A DNA stretch of 64,000 nt from Phoronis australis (Eukaryota > Animalia > Phoronida), in contig NMRA01000371.1 of the NCBI GenBank assembly GCA_002633005.1, forward strand, positions 241,572-305,571, read 5' to 3'. Of this stretch, positions 38,001-61,051 are shown one piece after another. Under the pieces are notes generated by a model. It saw only the letters and a program-made list of their open reading frames with translations. It ran no database searches and was not told the origin of the DNA. The translations under genes were made by a program, and so were the position numbers. Each line of letters begins with the position of its first letter. The first letter of the stretch is position 1.

Positions 38001-41000
38001 TTGGAAACTCAATTGGCTGTGGAATCAAAACAAGATTTGAATGTTGATTTTTAATCTACAAACTGAAGTAACTTGAACTGACTGTACTTCGTGAGCAAGT
38101 TTTCTGTTATACAGAATTTGTTGAATGCACGACACTTTTCATTGTTCACGGTCTTTATTCCGTTGCGTTCATACTTTCTGAACAAAACTCTACTCTCTAC
38201 TGAACATAGATACAGTAACTGACCTAGCGACATAATTAAAAGACACACGATATTTCGAAACATACTTGTTTCATTCTCAAGTGAAGATACTACCAACCTA
38301 TGTCGCTTGACGCTGAGTCTTTGTTCACCAACGTACCGGTGGATGAGACCATTACTATCATTTTGGATAATGTATACCGTCACCCACATTTAAAGCCACC
38401 CGACATTTCACCTACTCATATGAGAGAGTTGTTAACCATCTGCACAACCAAAGTACCATTTCGCCATATAAATGGGAAATTGTTTTTGCAAAAAGATGGT
38501 GTGAGCATGGGCTCTCCTCTGGGTCCCACTTTCTCGGAATTTTATATGTCTGAAGTGGAAAAGAGGGCTAGCAATGTGATTGGTGGTATTCCTATCTATG
38601 TACGTTATGTAGATGATATTTTTGTTTATTGTGCCTTTGATGACTTGTTATCAGTACGTGATGAACTTGAGCGCCACTCTGTATTGAAGTTTACCCACGA
38701 GCTTCCTGTAAATGACAAGATTCCGTTTTTGGACGTTCTTGTGAACCATTCTCCGTCTGAATTTTCTACATCAGTTTACCACAAGCCCACTGATAAAGGT
38801 TTCTGTCTCCACGCCAAAAGTGAGTGCCCTGAGCGGTATAAGGTCGCCGTTGTGGTCAACTTCCTAAAGAGGGCGTATTCGGTGTCGTCTAACTGGCTAT
38901 TGTTCAATCAAGAGGTAGATCGCATAAGACAAACACTGGTGAATAATGGGTATACCAATGCTTTCGTGGACTTCCATATTAAGCGATTTATGTCCACAAT
39001 TAGCTATGAAGTCCCTGCACGTCGGACTGGTGTCACCAAAAAGATATTTTACAAAAATGTCATGTCTAATAATTACCTCCAGGACGAACACGCCATTAAG
39101 AAAATCATAAGGGACAACGTTAAAGTTTGTAAGCCTGATGATTACCTTGATGTTATTATTTATTATCGGAATAGGAAGTCCTCCAACTTGGTCATGAAAA
39201 ATAACATTTCTAAAGCGAAAGTCCGCCCCGTTGCACAGTGTAGTGTTGTTTATGAATTTGTATGCCCTATGAACGAATGTCTTCGTTCAAACGTCAAACA
39301 ATGTTACATTGGTCAAACGGTTTGCAGTCTTTCCCGTCGGTTATCCATGCATCTTCAAAATGGCGCCATTCAAGATCATTTTCTGCAATACCACGCACGT
39401 AAAATCACCCGTCAAGAAATTGTGGAAAACACGTCAATTCGCTACGTGGAGCAAGATGTGCTGCGTTTGAAAGTATTAGAGTCCCTTTTAATTGCTTTTG
39501 AGAAGCCTATTTTGAATGAGCAGCAAACAGGGTCGCGCCGCACGTTACACTTGTTTGCGTGACTTTCCTGTTACCCCAATTCATTAGTCATTCTTTGCAG
39601 TATTTCACACCCGCCGTGTCTCACTGTGTGTGTCGTCAGCTTATACTCTGTGGTGGCATTACTGCGTCATTTTATCTTCACTTGAGAATGAAACAAGTAT
39701 GTTTCGAAATATCGCGTGTCTTTTAATTATGTCGCTAGGTCACTTACTGTATCTATGTTCAGTAGAGAGTAGAGTTTTGTTCAGAAAGTATGACTGCAAC
39801 GGAATAAAGACCGTGAACAATGAAAAGTGTCGTGCATTCAACAAATTCTGTAAAACTGAAGTAACAAAATAATGGAAATTTGCTTCGCACATTAAATTAA
39901 CATGTTTAATGACACTATCCATGTTATCAAGTTAGCATTACATCATGAACCAAGAATAGTTCACTAACGAAGAGAATTTCTGAGACTTCATGTACACTAA
40001 AAAAAAACTAATTCACACTGCCTTCGGGCAACGTTCTTCGACTGACTAATAAGATACAAGGCTCATGAATGGGAAAATGAAGGTTGGAATCTTCTAATTT
40101 GGTGGAAAAAACTTGAGGAGGTGCCAACAATAATGCGGCCATACATCTGAAGATGGAGACCATACAACCTCGGATGGCAGATGATGGGTGTTGAGTGTTA
40201 CCCGATGATTAATTCCAGGGACAACATTATTCTTTAGAGTGTGATGAAAATGCAAAGCTTGTTTCTAATACAATATTCTGCCATTCAACAACTGGTAGTA
40301 GCTCACACAACTCTTCAGCCGTAGCTCAAAACGACACATCTTCAGCCGTAGATAAGACAACACGTCTTCAGCCGTAGATAAGACAACACGTCTTCAGCCG
40401 TAGATAAGACAACACGTCTTCAGCCGTAGATCAAGATAACACGTCTTCAGATGACGACAGTGAGGAAACCAGTTAAAATAGTAAATTTTATTTACTCCAT
40501 CTATGACCAATTACTCTTTGGAAATCAGTAGTCCAAGATGACAGGTTTGAATCATGGCTGAATCGTGAAACTTTGCTGTAGCCAGCATGAATCAGAAAAG
40601 CAATGTCTGGGAATGCTCAGCAATTTTACTCCATTGTTGGTAAAATCATTATCGAGCAATGTGTTAGGAGAATGTTACCAGTAAATATCAGATTTGTGGA
40701 AAAAACACCGACAAACTTCCTTTCCTTCCAGGGTTTTGATGTAAGATGTAGGTGACATACCAAAGAATGCACTGATATTGTCGCACAAACAACAAGGCTA
40801 ATGAAGTGTTAAGTATATTGCACTGATAATAGGATTGGATTTAACTTAACAGTAAAAAAGGATCAAAGGACATCAAAAAGTTTATCGACAGTCAAGTCTC
40901 ATTTTGTTGGGATTAGCAGTCTTCAGTACATGTATACTCAAAAGTCATCAGCGGATCCCTGAGATTATTTACAGTTGGCCAATTACACAAAGGGACCACC

Positions 41001-41189
41001 AACTGAAGTCACACTACAGCAGAAGCACAAGAACGTTCATGTATTGACTGGATTTAAACAAAGACTGAAAATACTAGTTTGTGACTATTGATTTCGTTAT
41101 TGTATATGGCTTTAATGCTTCTGTTTCACGAAGATTATTTCCAGTAAAAACTGGTTGTCTTAAAGGGCTCTTCTTACCTTCAGCTGAAC
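35079..41189 (-). CDS. Uncharacterised small single-pass membrane protein (terminal exon plus probable microexon)
   Basis: Terminal exon 35389-35079 (acceptor ttattgcag) encodes ATGGYSFVFEYMWVGG...IGLDVGLAVGLGFGISLCVVLFVLFYGLMC-QSRIQR...YELKDASSTQI*, with one clear TM helix and a YEL motif in the tail. AATAAA lies on the minus strand near 34620. A phase-compatible 12-nt exon is at 41189-41178. A possible first exon is 42440-42374 (uncertain). Confidence 0.6.
37099..37259. repeat. 23-bp minisatellite, 7 copies
   Basis: Unit taaagtcgcctctagatgtcacc. Confidence 0.95.
38300..39562 (+). CDS. Penelope-like reverse transcriptase / GIY-YIG endonuclease (N-terminally truncated, 420 aa)
   Basis: RT motifs SLDAESLFTNVP, QKDGVSMGSPLGP, YVRYVDDIF, IPFLDV, VYHKPT; C-terminal GIY-YIG domain VVYEFVCPMNEC...YIGQT..LSRRLSMH...LESLLI..EKPILNEQ. 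Confidence 0.93.
   Translation: MSLDAESLFTNVPVDETITIILDNVYRHPHLKPPDISPTHMRELLTICTTKVPFRHINGKLFLQKDGVSMGSPLGPTFSEFYMSEVEKRASNVIGGIPIYVRYVDDIFVYCAFDDLLSVRDELERHSVLKFTHELPVNDKIPFLDVLVNHSPSEFSTSVYHKPTDKGFCLHAKSECPERYKVAVVVNFLKRAYSVSSNWLLFNQEVDRIRQTLVNNGYTNAFVDFHIKRFMSTISYEVPARRTGVTKKIFYKNVMSNNYLQDEHAIKKIIRDNVKVCKPDDYLDVIIYYRNRKSSNLVMKNNISKAKVRPVAQCSVVYEFVCPMNECLRSNVKQCYIGQTVCSLSRRLSMHLQNGAIQDHFLQYHARKITRQEIVENTSIRYVEQDVLRLKVLESLLIAFEKPILNEQQTGSRRTLHLFA
39679..39716 (+). ncRNA. Minimal hammerhead ribozyme motif in the pseudo-LTR (second copy on the minus strand at 38246-38283)
   Basis: CAC-TTGAGAA-T-GAAAC-aagtat-GTTTC-GAAA-TATC-G(C/T)G: core with U3-A8 covariation, 5-bp stem II, palindromic ATAT in place of stem III. 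The position is typical of PLE hammerheads. Confidence 0.6.
40311..40450. repeat. 26-bp minisatellite, about 5 copies
   Basis: Unit tcttcagccgtagataagacaacacg. Confidence 0.92.
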
Positions 41190-41956
41190 CTGAAAAAGAG
41201 AAAAAAACAGTGATGAATTATAGTAGACAACAATACCATTTCATGGTCAGTGGTAGTCGGTAAACCAACTCTTACACAAGAGCAACCAAAGGCAATAGCA
41301 AACACGTCTGTACATAAGATGTGACTATATAAATGTAATGGCTTTAAGGTAATTTATAATTTTCAAAATAACCATGACAACACACTCAAGATTTTTTTTA
41401 ACATTGCTGGAGTTGCTGCAAGATTTCTACAAATCTTTTTTGTGATCCTCCACCTAATTTGCAATCAATATAACACGAGTCAAGGTTTGCACTAATTAGC
41501 GACACTGGTCAGATACAGCAGTCCTCGATTCAGGGAAGAGCCATGAACACTGAAATTGACACGTATGTGACCTCTGACCTTTCAGGTCAGATTTGTTAGC
41601 TTGACCAATTGTTTGGTAAGTGAACCCCTCTCGTGGCTAATTGGTCTTTGTTTTGGCCAACCAGGGCTTGGTCGTGATATTCGGTTGATCCACTGGGCCC
41701 ACGTGCTCAGTCTCTTTGATTCTTGTTGCTTGGAATAAAGACGTGTTTTTGGGTTTCGAGTCACAGTGAACCAGCACTCAACTAGAAGGTTTTGTGCCGA
41801 ATATTAGTGCAGTTTTTGTATGCTGGATTCTACCTTAGAAATTTTAGTTAGTTTTTGCAGAACATTTGGTGTGAGTTATATCTAAAGAATTTATGAGTCC
41901 AGCTTGGACGGTGACTGTCAGTGTTGCAAATGTCACAGTTTTGAAGTCTTGGCCGA

Positions 41957-42165
41957 GGTTACTGCAGGGGTACAATGGCCACATGGGCATTTCACTGATG
42001 TTGACCTAACAAAAATTGGGCAGGGGATTCCCCCAATCCCCGGGTTACTGCAGGGATACACTGGCCACGTGGGCATTTCATTGATATTGACCTAACAAAA
42101 ATTGGGCAGGGATTCCTCCTATACCCACCTTACGGCGGGGGTTTGCCGGCCACGTGGGCATTTTG
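41957..42165. repeat. About 85-bp tandem repeat, about 2.5 copies
   Basis: Repeated ttactgcaggg...ggccacgtgggcatttca.tgat.ttgacctaacaaaaattgggcaggg. Confidence 0.85.
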
Positions 42166-44020
42166 ATAAGCAAGACATTCGCGTCCAATAATGTTAAACA
42201 TAACTACCAGCTAGCAAAATAAAACTAAATTGTGCAGAGTAGGTAATATAAAACTCATTAAATGATGAACTGACATTTACTTTATACTTTGCTTTCTTTC
42301 GGCCGCCGCCAAAATTCAAACATGTCTCAGTCTCTCAATAACTTCTTACACTCGCGACATTTAGCGAACTTACTAGGTATGACACATGTGACGTATTGTG
42401 ATTTAAAAAAAGATAACACACTCGTTCTTCCAGGCGTCATCCACGCCTTTTACTCCTTGAAAAGAAAATCTGTCAATGTCAAGACCCAAACAATATTTGA
42501 CACGACAAATTATGCACTGAAAATTGGTAAAGTTAGTAATGAATTAGGAGAGATTCACATAATTTTGAAACTAATAATTTTACACCTTTAGGCGTGAGTT
42601 CAAATTGCATGTTTGAGACAGCTCAACTCAGTCCCCTGGGTAATTAATGCCGTTGGACCCACTCACACCACATTGCCAGTGTAAAAAGTTATTGAGAGAC
42701 TTGGTCACGTTTGTCTCTGAAATAGTGTCCTAGTTGTCATTGTCATTGTCACTTGCAAATGACAAGCGTCAGCATCTACACGAGATCTCGCTATGAAGCG
42801 AGAAATCTCCCATTACCAAAACCACTACCTCCCTAAACAGCTGAACATTTCGTTGTGGTAAGTGATTTTAGGGGGAGTGATGGACATGAAATGGACCATT
42901 CGCTTGCTATTTTTAGGACTCGGAATCGAAGTAAGAATGTCGTTTGCGGTGCGAGCTGACTGTGATTCAACACTCGAGTAGGTTTCCCAAACTTAATTTT
43001 CGTAGTCAAGTTTGAAAGCGTTCACCAAATTTGGTGAACGGACTTCGCTCTGCCCTCGCTAGTGCCGCTCAGAATGGCGATCAGCTGGCAAGTGGCTAGC
43101 ACAAGCCTAGCTAATATATTTGGAACCCAACGTGGGGCGACAATCACCATCATGGAGAACCCCTTGAACGGCCAGAGGGTGGCGAGTACTCTTACCAAAC
43201 TGCCAGTGCCAGTTCGGGGGAGTTCACCATTGAATAATACATCAAAATTTAACCCGGTCCTGGACTATTGGATATTAATGCAATCACAGTAACTGAATTA
43301 CAAGAATGTCACTGCGCGAAAGAATTTATTTCACTAAACAGGGATCACTTTATTCGACCAGTGCCTCTAACCTGTTAACCGTCGCGTCAAATTCCAACTA
43401 AGGTCAGATCATTTGAGCCATTTTATGCCCGGTTATCTAAGCGTGAAGCGTCGAGTTTCCAAAATTGCTAATAACTTTCGCAATAAGCCACAAAAACTGT
43501 GTTTTCATACAGAAATGATCGCACTTACCAATATGACCCTCAAGAAAGATTGATGAAATAACAACTAGGAGGCATAGCTTAAGATCCATGGTCTAGTTAG
43601 GTGACTAGTTTTATTTTTAATTTTAAAAAATTGATCACCCAACTCCAAACCAGAATAAATATGGCCGACGAGTAATAAAGAGGTCACGTTCAACGCCATC
43701 TGTATAAGGGGAGATAACTCTAAGTTGTCTTCCAAAAACCCGCTTTGAGGTGGGAATCGTGGTAATGTAGTTTCTAAAATCTAGCCTATTTACATTGTCA
43801 CAGTGTTACAGTCAGTCATTTCTCCGACCATCCTCTGAGCACTGGTGTATGGTACACTCAGAGGAAATTATGAACACTTATTATATATTTTTTTCTGGCG
43901 GGCACAAACTGGTCAGTGCGGGGTCCTCTGATTTAAAACTAGACTTACTAGAGACCTTTAATTTATTCCATATTCTAACCAGTGCACGTTTGAGTCATCC
44001 ATTAAATTTTAGGGAAATTT

Positions 44021-44240
44021 TGTGGTGTATGGTTAGAGTACTGGACTGATAACCTAAAGGTTTCTGAACCCAGAACAGCGGGGCTTGGCCACTGTGAGAA
44101 AAAATAAAAAGTGCCATACGATCCTACTACATGCCGTGCTCATTCCGATGAATACAACACCTGAAGATTTCAGACTCACAATCTAAAGGTCCCTGGTTCA
44201 ACCCCAGCACAGCTGGCGCCAAGCAAAAATAAAAAGTGCT
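44021..44240 (+). mobile_element. Degenerate tRNA-derived (SINE-head-like) fragments
   Basis: A-box-like TGGTGTATGGTTAG (44023) and, in a second partial copy, B-box-like GGTTCAACCCC (44195). Both copies end in aaaaataaaaagtgc. No full cloverleaf. Confidence 0.35.
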
Positions 44241-45118
44241 CACCTTTGACCGCTTTTGCTGAATTTGCCCGAATTCATAGTTTCTGGGCTTTCACTCACA
44301 CCCACAATGGCAGTAAACTGTGGTATTTCAAATCGTTTCAATTATCTTATCCTACAAGTTCACGTAATATAATCGTTAAAGTTGTTTGCGTTTTTTTCTT
44401 TCCATTCCTAGTTCGTATTATGTTTTTGTTCAATTTATCATAAACAACATGTCTGAGTTGTTCCCAAAGTATCTCTTGGACCCGAAAGGCGCCCTGGCGT
44501 CATTTTGCAATCCTGTTGACGCCACCTGGTATCTTTAATGTCCTGTAACTCGTTGATGAGTAGGTGCACCGTGGTTTATAGACTTTCCGTTGAAATTTTT
44601 TAGGTTTCAGTATTTCGCAGAACCAGGTTATCGCCATTCCAAAAAGATATGGCAACCGTATGCTGGGCAAACCCATTGTGAATATACCAACTTGATTTAA
44701 TTTTATCCGTTATTCGGGTGCCATTCAAAAAAACCAAGCGTCATTTAGTTTTCAACCTTAGCGAAATGGCGGGAAACTAATCACTACTCGCTTTTTGTTT
44801 CCGAAAAAGCCATAATGGGCGGTTCTAGTTTAGAAGTTACGACCGCTTTATCCGATCGAAATCCCCGGTATGGCGTTGTAATGTTAAAAAGTAACGTGTC
44901 TCCAAAGAAAGTTGAAAAATGCTATGTTCCCAAATTGAAGGCCATAGTGAATTATAAGACCACTGGATTATATCCCTGATTCTATGATAATCAAAATGTT
45001 TTCTTTCAGGTTGAATCGCGCCCAGGGACGTCCAAGTCCATTAAATACTGCATTTAATCGGCCATGCTTAGAGGCCCCAATCCTCTAGCCATCGTACGTG
45101 ACGTAGCATGAAACAGTA

Positions 45119-45293
45119 CATGCGCGCACCCAAGGGCGGGGGAGGCTCGGGGGGCTCGAACGAGCCCCCCCCATTTCGCCAAGAGGGCGAAAAAGGTCCG
45201 CCCCTGAACGACAAAAANCCCGCTATTTTGTTAGCCGCGGTCCACGACGTCAAGAATTCGAGCCCACCATATTGAAGGCTGGGTGCGCGCATG
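45119..45293. mobile_element. 175-bp GC-rich MITE
   Basis: Perfect 14-bp TIRs CATGCGCGCACCCA / TGGGTGCGCGCATG flanked by direct repeat CAGTA (45114-45118, 45294-45298). Confidence 0.8.
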
Positions 45294-48231
45294 CAGTAAG
45301 TAGAGTGAAATTATTTCGCTTAGATTTTTAGAACACTTTAAGAACCTTTTGTCTCAGAATTAAAAGCATCACTGCATGTAAACAAAATTCATGCTTCGTC
45401 ATACTAACCAAACTCTTTGTACTTTCGTATTCGCTCGTGTAAACGCCTGCATGACTTAAAAAAGCATTCGTTTTTAAAAGTGCCCATGCTTGGCTTAGCG
45501 GTCAACCCTTGATTTCCAGTAACCTAAGCTTCCTGGGCGGTAACCCGAACGAGTGTGGCGTTACGTAATAATAGTTGATTGTTCTATCTGAGTAAATAAG
45601 AACCAAAGATTGTCAGAATGTAAAAATAAAAGTGCGTTATATTGCTGACCATAGTCCCGTGATATTCCCCACAGCAGATTTGTGTATTTATATTTTAAAT
45701 ACAAAACGTGCAGTGTATTTCATGTGCACACAAAACCATACATGTGCAGTGCTGGCCTACACCTTCTAACAATGAGGTCCCCTACGTGGAGTCACCTTCC
45801 AGAAGTTTTTGGAGTCCACTTCAATTTTCTTGGAGTCCATGAAAATAGTCTAAAAGCCATTACCCTGGAACAGAAACACCTAAAGCCTGGTGGGACTTAG
45901 ATCAATGAAATATACAAACTGAAGGTTTTATTTCTTTAGTTTTATTTTTTTACACCCACAGTTGTGTCCGAAGTGACACACACCCATAGCTTACTTGAGT
46001 CAAAAATACAAAGATGCAGCATGGGGTGAACATTGCACATACATGCAATGTACACTTCAACATTGATAAAAACTAAACAGAGGAAACAATAAAATATAGA
46101 TTGACTAAATCTACAACACTTAAAGTAATTTATGTCATTAAACTGACAATAATCAGAAACCACAGAGGAAGTGAAATTCTATTGCCCCTGAGCATAACAT
46201 TTACAAAAACTCAAGCAGTCAACCTAGGGTTGTTAATAAAAACATTGATTCAATATATTCATAAAATACACTGTCTTTAATTCAAACAAAAATGGAAAAT
46301 AATAATAAAGACTTGCACATAACCATTGATACCACATTTGATCTGCAATTATAGAGCAGTTTAAAAAAAAAACGGACAAAATCTCCTCTTATCAAATCTA
46401 AACCTTTTTAGGAATTTTTCCACCAATCATATTAATCCGTGGCACAAATTCTGGGATAACTTCAGTGAAAACACTGACGACAAGGTTTTTTAATTGTTTT
46501 TAGAAACTACGAACTACATGTCATCTTGAAATGAAAAATATGAAAATACTGACAACCACTAAAAGTGTCATGAAATTACTGACCACAGAACAAATCATTG
46601 CAATACCTCCACACAAAAAAAAACATGGCCACTTTTCTTTTGTTTTGTTCTCAAAATGGTCTATAAAACAAAAATGTGACTTGAAGAAACAATTCCAACA
46701 CTAAACAATTTCCAACAAAAGAAGACACAAACAGCATCCACATGCTGTCTGGTCAGAAGGTATTACGGACGTTATGCACTTTAAGTAGTCAACCATACGA
46801 CAAACACCTTCACACAAAATATACACAACCTCCTTCCTTGTTGTTTGTTCTTGGAATGGTCTACATCACAAAGAAGTGACTTGAAATAATTCCAACACCA
46901 ATTTATCACCAACAAGAGAATAAAACTGAAAAACAGAATTTACATGCTGTTCCATCAGAATCCAGATTAGACAGATAAAAAAATCAAACGTGAATGATTG
47001 CCAGTCTTTCTCTAATTGTCGACCAAATGTCTGTAAATTAGACAACAGAACTGCAGTACGTCTCACTATGAGAATACTACATTCCAGTTACTAACCTTCT
47101 AGTTAGGCATATGATTGACTGGATTATTAAAGAGACACTAAATCCAGTTTTAATGATTTAAACCAATCCTCGTTCTGTCACCTGCTAATGCATCACTGGC
47201 ATCAAGATGATAACCAGTATGTAAGAGTTTGGATATTTTGGTTCTTCATGGGTGGTCTTACCCACGCTTGCCCCGTTATTCACTAAGAGCATAGATATCG
47301 TTTGTCCATTTAGCAGACTTTGAAGAGTTTTCAAAATTTACTCCTTACTTTTTGAGCCATTTTGGAGGGGTTACAGAGCATAGTGTGGTTTCTGAGAATT
47401 GGTTGATAAGTTGTTTTAATATCTGTTTAATAGGGCAAAAAAGGGTTTGGCATCCATTTAACATTTTGTACATTAGTGTTATGTGAATTACTTGCTGGAC
47501 AATCTGCCTCTTAATCCTCCATCCCATCTGGCTTCTCAGAAATGTTATCTGAACACAGCAATAAAGTGAACAGATGAATTTAGGAATCATCAAACACAAC
47601 ATGATAAACTATTAACCTACGCATTTCATCAGTAAAACTCTTCAGTTACACCTTTTTGCACATATCCCTACAGCAACCGGTACATTTAACCCTAGACTTG
47701 CAGGAAAGCGAGATGCCAATTCATTATGCCATGTTTTAAAATATCCCTGCACAAACAAACAGTAAGTTAAACTTTCATGGTTAAGATAATAGACTAGAGT
47801 TCACTTCACCATCAATAATTACTAAGTGAAGCCCACCATTATTCTTCACTGATTCAGTCATTATACACCAGAAACACTGTTGCCATTCAGAGCCTAAGCA
47901 TCACTGTTCCTATCAAAATAAAAACCAAACTTAAATAGTCATACTCTTCCTGCTTCATTTAATTTTTGGTGGTGCATCACCACCAAAAAATGGCCGCCGT
48001 AGTTTGCAACACTTGACTTATGCATTATGGGTAAACTCAACTGCCGTCATGTGTAATGAGGTTTCCGTGGAAACCCCGCCACTGTTCAGAAGTTTCTTTA
48101 AAAAAATTAATAGTAAAACAAGGCAGAGACAAACAGGGCAGAAAGTTCCGATGTAATTTCACCAAACAGTTACTTAGACCAAATCTCTCTTGTATGTCTG
48201 TCAAGTGTGCCATGCCTGCATGCATAAAATT

Positions 48232-58842
<10,611 letters not shown>

Positions 58843-59021
58843 TATTTCAGTAGTGGTCAATAGATGTCGTCCCAGTAACGAAAACAATTTATCATGTGAC
58901 TAAATAGTAAGTAGGTCAACCATAGGTCTATGGGTCAACGAGACTGTTTTGAGGTTGTGCCTTCCTAGACCTGTCTCAGTGGTTCTTTTCTCTGTTCCAG
59001 GGTTCCCCAGTACAGTGCCAA
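58843..59021. promoter_or_regulatory. Very compact bidirectional promoter / 5' region between TMEM144 and XDH/AOX
   Basis: Only 179 bp separate the two inferred divergent ATGs. Contains E/M-box TCATGTGAC (58892-58900) and a candidate 5'UTR intron 58907-59000 (GTAAGT...ttctctgttccag) on the plus strand. Confidence 0.45.
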
Positions 59022-61019
59022 ATGTATAGTCAATTTCAAGAAGACCAAGGAACTAGCTATACAATATGCCCTAACTGCAAGTCGAGGTGAGAGTGCGTAA
59101 AAACTGAGGTTATTAGCCAAATTACTTAATTAGGTTAGTGCTCGGACACCTGCTGCTTTGACCCTGGCCAAGCCAACCAGCTACTGAGCTATCTACAACA
59201 TAAATCAATCGTAGTAGCCTACAGTTGAAACAAGGCTGCTGTGCGTGAACTTGTAATCTTGCTTAATCTCAAGATCGCGTTGGTGAACTTGGAATACACG
59301 AGAAAACTTAACAAGTTCACTGAATTAATCACATTATCGTTTATCAAGTCAAGTCAGTTTATTAGTGTGCTTATTAGTCGGTCTAAGTAAAACAAGAAAA
59401 CATGAGGCACAGGCTAGTGTACCGACAAATAACTACATAAGTTATAAAATAAATAAATATGAAATTAAAACAGATATTTAAAATACGATATTCAAGATTA
59501 ATAAGACTTCATTAGCACCATAGAATAGATTATGTTAGAAACGAGTAGAAATCACAGGCTCGTCTACACTTGCAGGGAGGTTCACTGAGTCCATGTACAT
59601 TACGGCGTTTTCCCGTTGCGCCCAACTTGTTCGATTCTAAAGCCCAACAACAAGTTGGGAAGTTTACCCCTATAGCCAATGTCTTACACTACTGATTAAC
59701 TCCATTCTGGCATTTATGGTTGGAGGACCAGCTCTCTTTTGTTCGATTATTGCTCTAATCTCCGATCAAATCGTATCTAGCTTGACTGGGCTGTGCTGCT
59801 AAAATGAAATGAGCTTGGTGGGCTTATCGTCGCAGTCCCTGCCTTGGCAGTCATGTCCCTGCATGTTTATGTGTTCGATTGCCGCGGTACACATATGACT
59901 ATTGGCACCAGTGCGCGACTGGAGCGGGTGACGGAAAGCGAGCGTCAGCGGTGCAGGTTCACGCTGCGCTTATGATCGGGAAGTTTCCGCGGGTTTTCCT
60001 TTGCGAAACGAAATGTGTCCATTTCAGTGTCAGTTTTTGACAAATTTTAAAATGCGCACTTTCACTCACTTCACCCTATATTGTGCCACTGTTGATCCTG
60101 TTTACTAAACAAAATAGATTTAACCATTCACGTATTCTTCCGATTCTTTGACACAAGTTATGGTAAAGGAGAAATGGTTGATCATGAGGCCAATAATTAC
60201 ATAAATTTTTACACTGAACAAAATGTTTAACCCGATTGCCCGAATGAATATTCAATTCCAAGTCGATTCCAAGTTCCATTCCGATCTTGAGATTAAGCAG
60301 AATTCAGAGTTGACGCACACTAAGGGTATCTATAGGCCCTTGCTGTTTATCTATTTTTCACCTGTTGTGCTACGAAAGTTTTGAACTGATCACAGGCCCC
60401 TTGATTACGTGAGCTACCAACAGATAGCGTTCGGCCACAGTATTAAACGGAAATGAAAAGCATCTATCCTCGCTGCCCTATGTTGATTAATACACCATTT
60501 GTGTCACGTAACATGGTAGCAGCGGTCCCTAGAAACCCACGAACATTGTGATTGTGCAAAACTGTGAATTTAGATTCTCTGACTGTGTTTTCTGTGTCTG
60601 AATTCTTCCTGTCTGTAAAAGTGCCTAACGTGTGCTTATTAAGCAGACTGTCTCATCCATTTTAAGGGATTGGATTGTACTGGGGATCATGGACTAGACT
60701 GTTCAACTCGTTCTTATCAAGAACCCAGATCTTACATTGAAGAAGTGCATTGACATTAATGCAGTCTTCTGAACACGCACAGGAACATGACAAGACTCTA
60801 CATCAACACTCCAATCATGCAAAACACAGAAAAATCCGCAGCCAAGTCACAAACCATTCATTTACGTTTAACTCCTGAATTACTAAGGCTATCTATCGGT
60901 AGCTCCCGTAAAGAGGGTGAACAAAAAAGAGGAAGCATCCAAATTTAGATGCACACCTGTGAGATGCATAGGCGTGCACCCAGAAGTGAAGCTAACAGAC
61001 ACACGCACGCACGCATGCA

Positions 61020-61051
<32 letters not shown>

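Larger units (their letters stand above)
38073..39852 (+). mobile_element. Penelope-like retroelement (Naiad-like), 5'-truncated, with inverted pseudo-LTRs
   Basis: RT + GIY-YIG ORF flanked by 180-bp inverted repeats (38110-38289 and 39673-39852, 4 mismatches). 13-bp direct TSD AAACTGAAGTAAC at 38060-38072 and 39853-39865. Confidence 0.93.

Noticed and set aside
39563-39852. SECIS element / selenocysteine recoding in the Naiad-like PLE
   Set aside because: Some Naiad elements are known to encode selenoproteins, but the surviving ORF has no internal TGA and I see no convincing AUGA...AA...GA SECIS geometry. A SECISearch run on full-length copies would be needed.
44021-44100. Functional tRNA gene
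   Set aside because: The A-box is present but the T-arm/B-box is broken and no cloverleaf can be drawn.
47963-47989. 12-bp hairpin TTTTTGGTGGTG-CAT-CACCACCAAAAA as an intrinsic terminator
   Set aside because: Eukaryotic context (TMEM144 3'UTR region); a single short hairpin with no further support.
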